Notes under the pieces: model-generated | What the model was told of the DNA's origin: nothing | Seen by the model: only the letters and a program-made list of their open reading frames with translations | Databases searched by the model: none | DNA from: an uncultured virus (IMG/VR IMGVR_UViG_3300032268_000759) | Taxonomy: Duplodnaviria; Heunggongvirae; Uroviricota; Caudoviricetes | Strand: one strand, 5' to 3' | Length of the DNA: 64,000 nt | IMG/VR virus record: IMGVR_UViG_3300032268_000759 | Location: 1 to 64,000 of that record | Part shown: piece after piece, positions 56,301 through 64,000 of the stretch | Layout of the letters: each line of letters starts with the position of its first letter | Position numbering within the stretch: the stretch's first letter is position 1 | Made by a program: the position numbers and the translations under genes

Positions 56301-57757
56301 GTTTAGGTAAATACTTAGCAGAAATTATAATAGAACCAACTCCTAAAAAAGTGGCTTTATATCCTGGTGCTTTTAAACCACCACATAAAGGACATTTTGA
56401 GTTAGTTCAACGTCTATCTAAAGTATCAGATGAAGTATTAGTCATTATATCTCCTATAGCTCGTGATGGTATCACAGCTGAACAATCTTTAAGTGCTTGG
56501 AAATTATATTTACCATTTTTACCTAAAGCAAAAGTAGTAATATCAAATGTATCTTCTCCTGTATCATATGTTTATGATTATGTAAAATCAAATCCACAAC
56601 AAGATATTCAAGTAGCATTTGGTAAAGATGAAGGTGAAAGATATAAAGCCTTTTTAAACAAAGAAAAATATCCAAATGTAAAAGTTTATGATGCTGGTAA
56701 TATAGGAAGTTTAAGTGCATCTGGTTTACGTGCAGCTATAAAATCTAATAATCCAGTTGATATAGCTAAATTTTTACCACAAGGTATAGAAGTAAATGAT
56801 TTTTTAAATGCTTTAAAACTTAGTCCAAGAACTGAACCTACATTTAATAGTATAAATGAAAATATATCTGACCCAGATTTTACAAATGCATTAGCTAGTA
56901 TAACTAAACATTATGTTGATAATGGATACAATGTAAAACCATTACCTAAAGTAAAAATAATAAGTAATGATGAAGTAAACGCTTCTAATATGTTAGGTAA
57001 AACAGCATATTATGATCCAACAAATAAATCAATTACTTTATTTACAGCTGGGAGACATCCAAAAGATATATTACGCTCATTCTCACATGAGATGATACAT
57101 CATATACAAAACTTAGAAAATAGATTAAATAATATTACTACTACCAACACAACTGAAGATGATTATTTAAGCCAATTAGAACAAGAAGCTTACTTAAACG
57201 GTAATATGAATTTTAGGAATTGGGAGGATGGTATTAAAAATAAGGTTATGAACGAACAACAAACAACAAATAAATACCGTATATTCTGTGATATGGATGG
57301 TGTATTAGTAGACTTTGACAAAGGTTATGAAGATTTAACAGGTTTACATACCAAACATGTTGATGTGCAAGATAGTAATGAGTTTTGGAACAAATTTAGA
57401 GAAGGATTAAAAGAAAAAAACATAGGTGAATTAGAATATTGGTCTAGATTAGACTGGATGTCTGATGGAAAAGAATTATGGAACTATATTAAACAATATA
57501 ACCCATATGTGTTAACAGCTCCATCTCGTGATCCTCAATCAAGAGAAGGTAAACGAGCTTGGGCTGAACGTTTAGATAATATGAAAAATATTTATTTTAA
57601 AGCAGCAGCATTTAAATCTGAATATGCTGCTCCAAATCGAATACTTATTGATGATAGAGCAGATACCATTGAAAAATGGAATAAAAATGGAGGTATAGGT
57701 ATATTACATACATCTACATCTGATACAATTGAACAACTTAAAAAATTAGGACTATAA
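56297..57757 (+). CDS. Three-domain protein: HxGH nucleotidyltransferase + HExxH zincin + HAD 5'(3')-nucleotidase-like
   Basis: PGAFKPPHKGH...SASGLR; RSFSHEMIHH...EQEAY; CDMDGVLVDF...LTA...LIDDR...W...GG.GILH. Confidence 0.85.
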   Translation: MSLGKYLAEIIIEPTPKKVALYPGAFKPPHKGHFELVQRLSKVSDEVLVIISPIARDGITAEQSLSAWKLYLPFLPKAKVVISNVSSPVSYVYDYVKSNPQQDIQVAFGKDEGERYKAFLNKEKYPNVKVYDAGNIGSLSASGLRAAIKSNNPVDIAKFLPQGIEVNDFLNALKLSPRTEPTFNSINENISDPDFTNALASITKHYVDNGYNVKPLPKVKIISNDEVNASNMLGKTAYYDPTNKSITLFTAGRHPKDILRSFSHEMIHHIQNLENRLNNITTTNTTEDDYLSQLEQEAYLNGNMNFRNWEDGIKNKVMNEQQTTNKYRIFCDMDGVLVDFDKGYEDLTGLHTKHVDVQDSNEFWNKFREGLKEKNIGELEYWSRLDWMSDGKELWNYIKQYNPYVLTAPSRDPQSREGKRAWAERLDNMKNIYFKAAAFKSEYAAPNRILIDDRADTIEKWNKNGGIGILHTSTSDTIEQLKKLGL

Positions 57758-58164
57758 TGATAAAAAGATTAGTAACAGACTCACCAGAAACATTAAACAT
57801 ATTAGTGAATAATGTTAAAACTTTATTTACTAAAAAAGATAGTACAGGTAAACCATACAAGTACTCAACTAAAATTTCAACTGAAAAACGCAAATTTCAA
57901 AATCCAGATACTAAACAAATTGAAGAAAAGGATATTGAAGTACTAACTATCACTGATGTTGAAAGTAAAGATGTGGTAACAGTTAAAATGATACCACTTA
58001 TTAAACCAGGAGAAATGCGTTTTGAAATTGGTGGAGAAGGTGAAACTACAGTTGGATCTAAAATAAAAGATACAGTTATAGGTAAAGGTCAATGGAAAGA
58101 TTATTCTAAAGATACTTTAAAAACTAAGTTAACTGAAAATATTGTAAAAAAATTAAAACAATAA
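57757..58164 (+). CDS. Hypothetical protein
   Basis: TAATG-coupled. Confidence 0.7.
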   Translation: MIKRLVTDSPETLNILVNNVKTLFTKKDSTGKPYKYSTKISTEKRKFQNPDTKQIEEKDIEVLTITDVESKDVVTVKMIPLIKPGEMRFEIGGEGETTVGSKIKDTVIGKGQWKDYSKDTLKTKLTENIVKKLKQ

Positions 58165-58721
58165 TGTTAAATAAAGAGTTTCAAAAAAAAGATGTACAAC
58201 GTCTTCGTAATATTGTTCAAGGTAAATATGGAGATAAAACTGTTGTAGGTGTTGGTTATACTAAAAAATATGAAAATCATATTGAAGGAGATATATGGGA
58301 AGAAAATGGACGTACATGGACTATTAAGAATAGTATTAAACAAAATATAACTAAATTAGATAAAGCTAAAGAGTTATATGCTATGCCTATATTATGTCCT
58401 AAATGTAGTAAACCAATGAAATCTCATATAGATAAACCATTCTATAATATTCATAAGCAATGTATGAATTGTGTTGTTGAGTTTGAAACTAAATTAAAAA
58501 TAGAAGGTAAGTGGGAAGAATATCAAAAACAAATTCATAACTCAGAAATTGATAATGTAATTAATGAATTTAAAGTTTGGTCTCAAGAAGAACTAGATGA
58601 ATCAATAGAATCATTTGTAACTGAAGGAGGTGTTGTTGAAAAGTGGCAAGGAGGTAATAAAAATATTGTTAAACAAAATATAGAAGATTCTATAAAATTT
58701 TTGGAAACTCTTAAAAAATAA
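58164..58721 (+). CDS. Zinc-ribbon hypothetical protein
   Basis: CPKC...CMNC. Confidence 0.7.
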   Translation: MLNKEFQKKDVQRLRNIVQGKYGDKTVVGVGYTKKYENHIEGDIWEENGRTWTIKNSIKQNITKLDKAKELYAMPILCPKCSKPMKSHIDKPFYNIHKQCMNCVVEFETKLKIEGKWEEYQKQIHNSEIDNVINEFKVWSQEELDESIESFVTEGGVVEKWQGGNKNIVKQNIEDSIKFLETLKK

Positions 58722-58758
58722 TTTTCCTATGTTTCACCTAATAAATTAAATATGGATA

Positions 58759-58980
58759 GTGATAAACAAGCAACAAAAGACGAACCTCGAAGTATTATCT
58801 CAAATATTATTAATGGTAGGAATGTTTTTCAATCCATTAGGTTTCGATATCCTTTTTTATTCAGTGATGAAACTCACGAATTCTTATTGGATTACAACAT
58901 CTCTTTTCTACCTGGCATCAGCGTCATGCTTTGGTGTTTATTACTTTTTGCGTAAAAAATTAAAGAATAATAAATCTTAA
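58759..58980 (+). CDS. Small membrane protein
   Basis: GMFFNPLGFD...YW.T...Y; hydrophobic. Confidence 0.6.
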   Translation: MINKQQKTNLEVLSQILLMVGMFFNPLGFDILFYSVMKLTNSYWITTSLFYLASASCFGVYYFLRKKLKNNKS

Positions 58981-59006
58981 CATATTTATATATAAATAAT
59001 AATACA

Positions 59007-59819
59007 ATGAACAATCAATTTAAAAGAATGCAAAAACTCGCTGGTCTAATTACTGAAGGTGAAGCTGCATACGAATATGAAAAAGGTAAAGAAGCTGGGG
59101 AAAAAGCTGAAAAGAAAAAAATGAAAAAATCTGAACTTAAAAAACAGATTAAAGAAATGATTTTAGCTGAGATAGATATTGATTTATCTAACACTGATAG
59201 TTTTTATGATTTCTTAGCTGAAGGAGAATTAACAGCTGATTCATTATATAAGATGTTTGAAAAAGAAGGTCTAATTGATGATAGACGTGAATATGATGAA
59301 GAAGATTTAATGGCTGCTTACCCTGGTTTATCTCAATCTGAAGCTGAAAAATTAGTAAATAAAATATCAGATGGGCTAAACGAAGCCAAGAAAAAGAAAA
59401 AAGATAAAGACAAAGAAGTTGAAGACGTTGAAATAGACACAGACGTTGATATGGGTGACAAAATGGATATGGGTGCCGAAATGAACACCACACCAGTTCC
59501 AGCAGCATCAGACGTTCAAAAAGAACTAATGGACGCGTTAGAAGCAGCTAAAGCATCAGGCGACGAAAAGTTAGTTCGTCAAATCGGAAATGCGTTAACA
59601 TACTTCACTCGTAGTCAAGTATCTAAAGACGAAAATCCACCATCAATGAATGAGGAAATAAGTATGGAAGCTATAGATAGACTAGAAGGTTTAGCTAATA
59701 TGCAAGATTTAGCTGTACTAAAAGCTAAACTTCGTATCTTATCTTCAGATTGGATGCAAGATGGATTTGAGAAAGAAGATATTATTGAATATATAACTGA
59801 ACTTATAAACCAAATATAA
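59007..59819 (+). CDS. Leader-bearing acidic protein (putative prohead core/internal protein)
   Basis: FKRMQKLAGLITE; internal MKKSELKKQIKE; LNE/MNE motifs. Confidence 0.7.
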   Translation: MNNQFKRMQKLAGLITEGEAAYEYEKGKEAGEKAEKKKMKKSELKKQIKEMILAEIDIDLSNTDSFYDFLAEGELTADSLYKMFEKEGLIDDRREYDEEDLMAAYPGLSQSEAEKLVNKISDGLNEAKKKKKDKDKEVEDVEIDTDVDMGDKMDMGAEMNTTPVPAASDVQKELMDALEAAKASGDEKLVRQIGNALTYFTRSQVSKDENPPSMNEEISMEAIDRLEGLANMQDLAVLKAKLRILSSDWMQDGFEKEDIIEYITELINQI

Positions 59820-59824
59820 ACAAA

Positions 59825-59992
59825 ATGAAACAAGAGTTATTTGAAAAAATGCATCAAACATGGGATATGTTTGTAGTAGAGCACAATGGTACAAGTAAAG
59901 CTGCTCAAGGTCGCGCAAGAAAATTATCAAGCGAACTAAAAAAGTTAGCTGCTGAATACAAAAAAGTATCAGTTGCTGAAGCGAAAGCATAA
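59825..59992 (+). CDS. Histone H1-like (Hc1-type) small protein (55 aa, not in track)
   Basis: KAAQGRARKLSSELKKLAAEYKKVS matches the Bacteroidota Hc1-like KAAGxRARKxSxELxK pattern. Confidence 0.75.
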   Translation: MKQELFEKMHQTWDMFVVEHNGTSKAAQGRARKLSSELKKLAAEYKKVSVAEAKA

Positions 59993-59993
59993 T

Positions 59994-60024
59994 GAAGGTG
60001 GAGGACTTATATAGTCCTCCCTTC
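59994..60024 (+). terminator. Hairpin after Hc1-like gene
   Basis: GAAGG-T-GGAGGACT / AGTCCTCC-CTTC. Confidence 0.55.
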
Positions 60025-60045
60025 ATATTTAAAATAAAAAATACT

Positions 60046-61140
60046 ATGAAAAAATCAGAATTAAAAGAATATATTAAAGAACTTTATTCATCTAAAGATG
60101 AAACATTAAATGAAGAGTTTAATCCAGCTGACAAAATAATGATGGATGTTCCATTATTTATTCGTTTATTAGAATATGCTCGTGAAGATGCTAAAACTGA
60201 TATGGATTTACATAATATAACTGAAAAAGCTATTAGTTTAAGTACAGAAGATAAAGTATTAACTATGTCTGACTACAATAGTATTGTAGGTGGTTTAAAT
60301 GAAGGAATAGCTGGATCTCCTGGTTTATCTCAAATAGCAGATGAAATATACGCTAAGATGCCTAAAGAAGGATCTTATGATGCTTTTAAAGAAACTCAAA
60401 AGCATATTAAAGTATATAACTTAAGTCCTGAAGAAGAAAAACAAGTATATGCTATCATTAGAGACAAAGAAAATGACAATCTAGCAGAATCAGCTATTGG
60501 TGAAAAGAAATTAACATCTGCTGAGTTAAAAAAACGTGAAGAAATAGTTAAATCAATGAAAGATACTTTTAAAGGTCCTAAAGCAGCTATGTATGCTATA
60601 GCAACTGATAAAGCTAAAAGAGTAGCTGAAGATTTAGATATTGGTCATGAAGATGATGAGCCAGCAATGTTAAAAGCTGATGTTTATCGTATAATGGAAT
60701 ACGCTGAAGAATTATATAAAATGCTAAATACATTTGATCAAATATCAGGTGAAGTAGATTTTCCAGATTGGTGGCAATCAAAAATTCATATAGCAGCAGA
60801 AAATATGGATAAAGCTAAACATTATTTAGAATTTGAAATGAAACAATCTAGTATGGATAATAAGGTTAATATGTCTGCTTTAGCAGAAGTTATAGCTAAA
60901 AAATTAAAAGAATCAGCAGGTGGTACTTTAGATTTTGCTAGTGGTAAATTATCTAAACCAACCCCAAAAGAAGGTGAAGTATACTTAAAAGACTTAAAAC
61001 CAGGTGACAAATTTTCTACTGGTAAATTAGAATATGTAGTAGTAAATTCTGAAAAGGGTGATCGTGGAGTAGGAGTAAAATACTCAGATGGAACTGGCAA
61101 TATGAATTTCAGAGGAGATGTGATTGTTAAAAAGAAATAA
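60046..61140 (+). CDS. Leader-bearing multi-module protein (MKKSELKEYIKE)
   Basis: Modules separated by LNE/LAE/VAE/LKE; DVPLFIRLLEYARED; A.MYAIATDKAK; PDWWQSKI. Confidence 0.75.
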   Translation: MKKSELKEYIKELYSSKDETLNEEFNPADKIMMDVPLFIRLLEYAREDAKTDMDLHNITEKAISLSTEDKVLTMSDYNSIVGGLNEGIAGSPGLSQIADEIYAKMPKEGSYDAFKETQKHIKVYNLSPEEEKQVYAIIRDKENDNLAESAIGEKKLTSAELKKREEIVKSMKDTFKGPKAAMYAIATDKAKRVAEDLDIGHEDDEPAMLKADVYRIMEYAEELYKMLNTFDQISGEVDFPDWWQSKIHIAAENMDKAKHYLEFEMKQSSMDNKVNMSALAEVIAKKLKESAGGTLDFASGKLSKPTPKEGEVYLKDLKPGDKFSTGKLEYVVVNSEKGDRGVGVKYSDGTGNMNFRGDVIVKKK

Positions 61141-61164
61141 TCAAATTTCTATAAATTAAAAATA

Positions 61165-61602
61165 ATGACTAAACAAGAACTAATAGATAAAATTAAGTCA
61201 ATAGCTAAAGAAAAATATGAGCCACAAATTACATTTGTGTCTGGTATGAAATTTACAGCTATTCAAGCATATCCTAAATTGCATGATGTGCTTGTTGAAT
61301 TAATGACTAATGCTTATGAAATATTTGTTGTTGATGTTGAATGGGTAGCCCCAAAACCAACAACATTTAGAATTCAATTAGCTAATGGTGAATATTTTTT
61401 CTTAACTAATACAGATAGAACTTGGATAGCAACAGTAGAAGGTAAAAAATTCTATATGCTAAATTTAAATGAAAAACAAGATGCTATTAATTCTATAGCT
61501 CGTGTGTTAAGATACGGTAAAACTAAATCAGAAATTGAAGCAACAAAAACAACTGAAAAAACTTCAACTGAAGAAATCCCAGAAGAATTACCAGCAGCCT
61601 AA
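61165..61602 (+). CDS. Hypothetical protein (leader-like MTKQELIDKIK)
   Basis: ORF. Confidence 0.7.
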   Translation: MTKQELIDKIKSIAKEKYEPQITFVSGMKFTAIQAYPKLHDVLVELMTNAYEIFVVDVEWVAPKPTTFRIQLANGEYFFLTNTDRTWIATVEGKKFYMLNLNEKQDAINSIARVLRYGKTKSEIEATKTTEKTSTEEIPEELPAA

Positions 61603-61613
61603 AATAAAATAAA

Positions 61614-62828
61614 ATGGATGTATTAGATTTGTTTTTTAAAAAATATTCTTATAAATTTCCTAAAGGATATCCTGACATGAATAATGAGCAGGATATCTTA
61701 TTACTTGAAAATATATTAAATGAACTAGGTGTAGATCTAAATGAAGGATCAGTTATGAATAATTCTGCTAAAGCTATTAAGAAAATTCTTAATTCTCCAG
61801 AAGGAAAACAATATAATTTTAAATTACAAACTGCAAGTAATAGATTAGGTAATTTAGATAAAATATCTAAAGAAGATTTTTTAAATATACTTAACTCTGT
61901 ATTTCCAAATATTAAAATTATAGTACATGCCCCAGGTGAAGGTCCTAATATTAAGCCTAAAGGTAGTTCTAAATTTAATATGTATGAATTCAATACTGAA
62001 GATGGTAAGGTACAAATTATATTATCTGGTGGAGCAAATGAAGGAGAAAAATACGAACAATCATTTACTAGTGATTTAAAAGCATCAGCAGGTCAATCAT
62101 TAGAAAGTATTGAAAATGAAAATGTTAAAAAATTATTTCAATCATTAAATATTGATCCTAAAAATTTAACACCTGAGGATATTGATTTTGCTGGTACGGC
62201 TGATACAAAACGATCTCTTAGTTTTACCAACCCAGAGAATATTGGTAAAAAAATAGCTGATGTTATTATAAAATATAAAGGTAAAGAATATTATATATCA
62301 TTAAAAAATATTTCAGGACATACTTTCTATAATGGAGGTAATGTTCCATTTATAGTATTTGATGAAAATAATAAAGTAGTCTTTGATAAATCTAAATATA
62401 ATAATAATGAAATAATTAAAACATTATTTGAAATATTTAATATAGATATTAATAAAGTAACCCAAGGATTAAATGAATATATAGCTGGAGAAGGTAACAT
62501 TTCTAATAGTTTTGAACCAGTTAATAATATTAATGTTAATGCTGTTAAAAATATGATAACATCAGGTTTTGGATATGGTTACTATTATGTTAAAGAAAAA
62601 AAAGATGGTTTAAGTGTAATATCTCTTTTAACACAAGAAGACGCGTATAGAGCTATAGGAGATATATCATCTGCTTCTATAAAATATCCTAATTCTGAAA
62701 CAAAATCTCTAACTATTAAAGTACCTTTAGATAGTGAAATATTTGGAAAGGTAGATTGTTTAATAGAAATAAGAAATACAACAGGTAATGTTTTACCATT
62801 ATCTCTTAAAATAAAAACTAACAAGTAA
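61614..62828 (+). CDS. Leader domain + putative PD-(D/E)XK nuclease
   Basis: SYKFPKGYPD...LNELGVDLNE leader; GEKYE...IADVII...YISLK. Confidence 0.55.
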   Translation: MDVLDLFFKKYSYKFPKGYPDMNNEQDILLLENILNELGVDLNEGSVMNNSAKAIKKILNSPEGKQYNFKLQTASNRLGNLDKISKEDFLNILNSVFPNIKIIVHAPGEGPNIKPKGSSKFNMYEFNTEDGKVQIILSGGANEGEKYEQSFTSDLKASAGQSLESIENENVKKLFQSLNIDPKNLTPEDIDFAGTADTKRSLSFTNPENIGKKIADVIIKYKGKEYYISLKNISGHTFYNGGNVPFIVFDENNKVVFDKSKYNNNEIIKTLFEIFNIDINKVTQGLNEYIAGEGNISNSFEPVNNINVNAVKNMITSGFGYGYYYVKEKKDGLSVISLLTQEDAYRAIGDISSASIKYPNSETKSLTIKVPLDSEIFGKVDCLIEIRNTTGNVLPLSLKIKTNK

Positions 62829-62839
62829 TATTTATCAAC

Positions 62840-63703
62840 ATGGATAAATTAAGACAAATAATTAGAGAATCGTTAAAAAACCGCGCTTTAAATGAAGATT
62901 GCGGTTGTGGTTGCCATGGTAAGTGTGGTGATGATGCTCCTGTTTTAAATGAAAATTTAGCACGTAAACCATTACTAAGTGAACACCTACAATACCATGT
63001 TGATAATAAAAAACCACTAACTGAAAACACATTCCGTTATGGTTCCTCAGCATTCCTTGATTTATGGAAAGAAGCAAGAAAATTATACTCACGTAACTTA
63101 CTTGAAGTTGCTGGTTTAGATAAAGATATTATAGTTGAAACTGACTTAGGTGAATATGGTATATATGAAGGTCAAGAAGTACCATTAGATTTACCTATGA
63201 TTGAAGAAGGTCAAATGTTAGATAACTATGAAGTTGATTTTTTTCATACTAAAGCTAATGTATATGCTAATATAGAAATACCTAGTGAAAATCCAACATT
63301 TGAAGATGATATTCAAATAAAAGGAACAGGTAAAACTGAAGAAGAAGCTTTTGAAGATTTAAAACAAAATTACAATAATTACAAGAAAACAGGAATAAAT
63401 GAAGCTAAGTATCAAGGTAAAGAGGTTCAACTTAATAAACCTAAACGTGGTGGATCAAAGAAATTTTTTGTATATGTTATGAATCCTAAAACTAAAAAAG
63501 TTAAAAAAGTACAGTTTGGAGCAGCAGGTGGAGGTCAAAACTTAGCAGTTAAACTTAGAGATCCTAAAGCACGTAAAGCATTCGCTGCACGCCAAAACTG
63601 TGATAAGAAAAAAGACAGAACAACACCTGGTTACTGGAGTTGTAATATAGGTAGATATTGGAAATCATTGGGCGGTAGCTCAAATTTTAGCGGGTATTGG
63701 TAA
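62840..63703 (+). CDS. Leader-bearing multi-module protein with conserved basic C-terminal myophage domain
   Basis: MDKLRQIIRES..LNE-DCGCGC; INE-AKYQGKEV.LNKP...KKFFVYV...FG...RKAFAARQNC...YWSC. Confidence 0.75.
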   Translation: MDKLRQIIRESLKNRALNEDCGCGCHGKCGDDAPVLNENLARKPLLSEHLQYHVDNKKPLTENTFRYGSSAFLDLWKEARKLYSRNLLEVAGLDKDIIVETDLGEYGIYEGQEVPLDLPMIEEGQMLDNYEVDFFHTKANVYANIEIPSENPTFEDDIQIKGTGKTEEEAFEDLKQNYNNYKKTGINEAKYQGKEVQLNKPKRGGSKKFFVYVMNPKTKKVKKVQFGAAGGGQNLAVKLRDPKARKAFAARQNCDKKKDRTTPGYWSCNIGRYWKSLGGSSNFSGYW

Positions 63704-63704
63704 T

Positions 63705-64000
63705 ATGAAACTATCAGAATTAAAACAAATAATTAGAGAAGAATACAGTTCAGCTTCAAAATTATATGAAATTGAAGGTGTTATTGCCATTGATACAGAT
63801 ACAGCATTTCATAAACAAATTATGTCTGATGTTCGCGCTATTAAAGGAGTTACAATTGTAAAGGATTATATTTATGACCCAGCAGGAGCATCAAGTAATA
63901 GAGGATATGCTAATTTAAATATAAAAATTGATCCATCACCATTTCCAGGTATGCAAGCTAAAGAAATTGTTGATATAGTAATTGATGATATTAAAAACAT
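63705..64000 (+). CDS. Leader-bearing protein (MKLSELKQIIREE), truncated by window edge
   Basis: Open frame to the end of the window. Confidence 0.7.
   Translation, partial: MKLSELKQIIREEYSSASKLYEIEGVIAIDTDTAFHKQIMSDVRAIKGVTIVKDYIYDPAGASSNRGYANLNIKIDPSPFPGMQAKEIVDIVIDDIKN

Larger units (their letters stand above)
38..62836 (+). promoter_or_regulatory. Second dispersed upstream motif ATATTTAT(A), putative late promoter
   Basis: TATTTAT(A/C/T/G) lacking an upstream TTTGG occurs at 38, 1980, 9257, 11050, 11662, 28295, 37524, 39994, 49637, 52777, 55426, 58983 and 62829. Most copies lie in short intergenic gaps in front of structural, lysis or leader-bearing genes. Confidence 0.6.

Noticed and set aside
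58752-58955. 67-aa ORF overlapping 58759..58980
   Set aside because: The alternative frame gives a more coherent membrane protein that ends at the intergenic late-type motif.
579-63092. All minus-strand ORFs in the track
   Set aside because: They are short antisense shadows of well-supported + strand genes, with no recognisable motifs.
1-64000. Stop-codon reassignment (TAG/TGA), as in some Bacteroidota phages
   Set aside because: Long genes (up to 1669 aa) are intact under code 11, and TAG and TGA end complete genes such as the ligase and sigma factor.

Overview
This is an AT-rich 64-kb segment of a large contractile-tailed (T4-like/jumbo-type) bacteriophage. Essentially all genes are on the + strand and use genetic code 11. 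The host is almost certainly a Bacteroidota member. Evidence: about 34 copies of a TTTG-N20-TATATTTA promoter matching the Bacteroidota -33/-7 consensus, A-rich SD-less leaders, a T9SS C-terminal sorting domain, Q-rule signal peptides and an Hc1-like protein. Layout: (1) 0-19.9 kb accessory, metabolic and envelope genes (TraR-type Zn finger, ThyA, LpxH-like phosphoesterase, acyl-CoA thioesterase, a probable lysis cassette with an OM beta-barrel, DNA ligase, GH73, T9SS cargo). (2) 19.9-20.55 kb non-coding element with two 7-copy AGAGGATGTA arrays. (3) 20.55-27 kb array of small genes, most with their own promoter, plus a RadA-like ATPase and aberrant tRNA-like RNAs. (4) 27.0-27.3 kb palindrome-rich non-coding element. 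(5) 28-37.5 kb tail fibre, putative endolysin, DUF2201-VWA/MoxR pair, HD protein and phage sigma factor. (6) 37.5-52.3 kb baseplate/tail operon. (7) 52.3-64 kb primase, exonuclease and a cluster of proteins sharing N-terminal leaders and (I/L/M)-x-E motifs. Best candidates for undescribed systems: a family of tRNA-like RNAs with a constant acceptor stem and highly variable anticodon regions; a leader/protease-site-tagged set of putative virion-packaged enzymes, including a three-enzyme polyprotein; and the repeat-bracketed non-coding element with the promoter-cassette array. All protein calls come from motif recognition by eye, not database searches.
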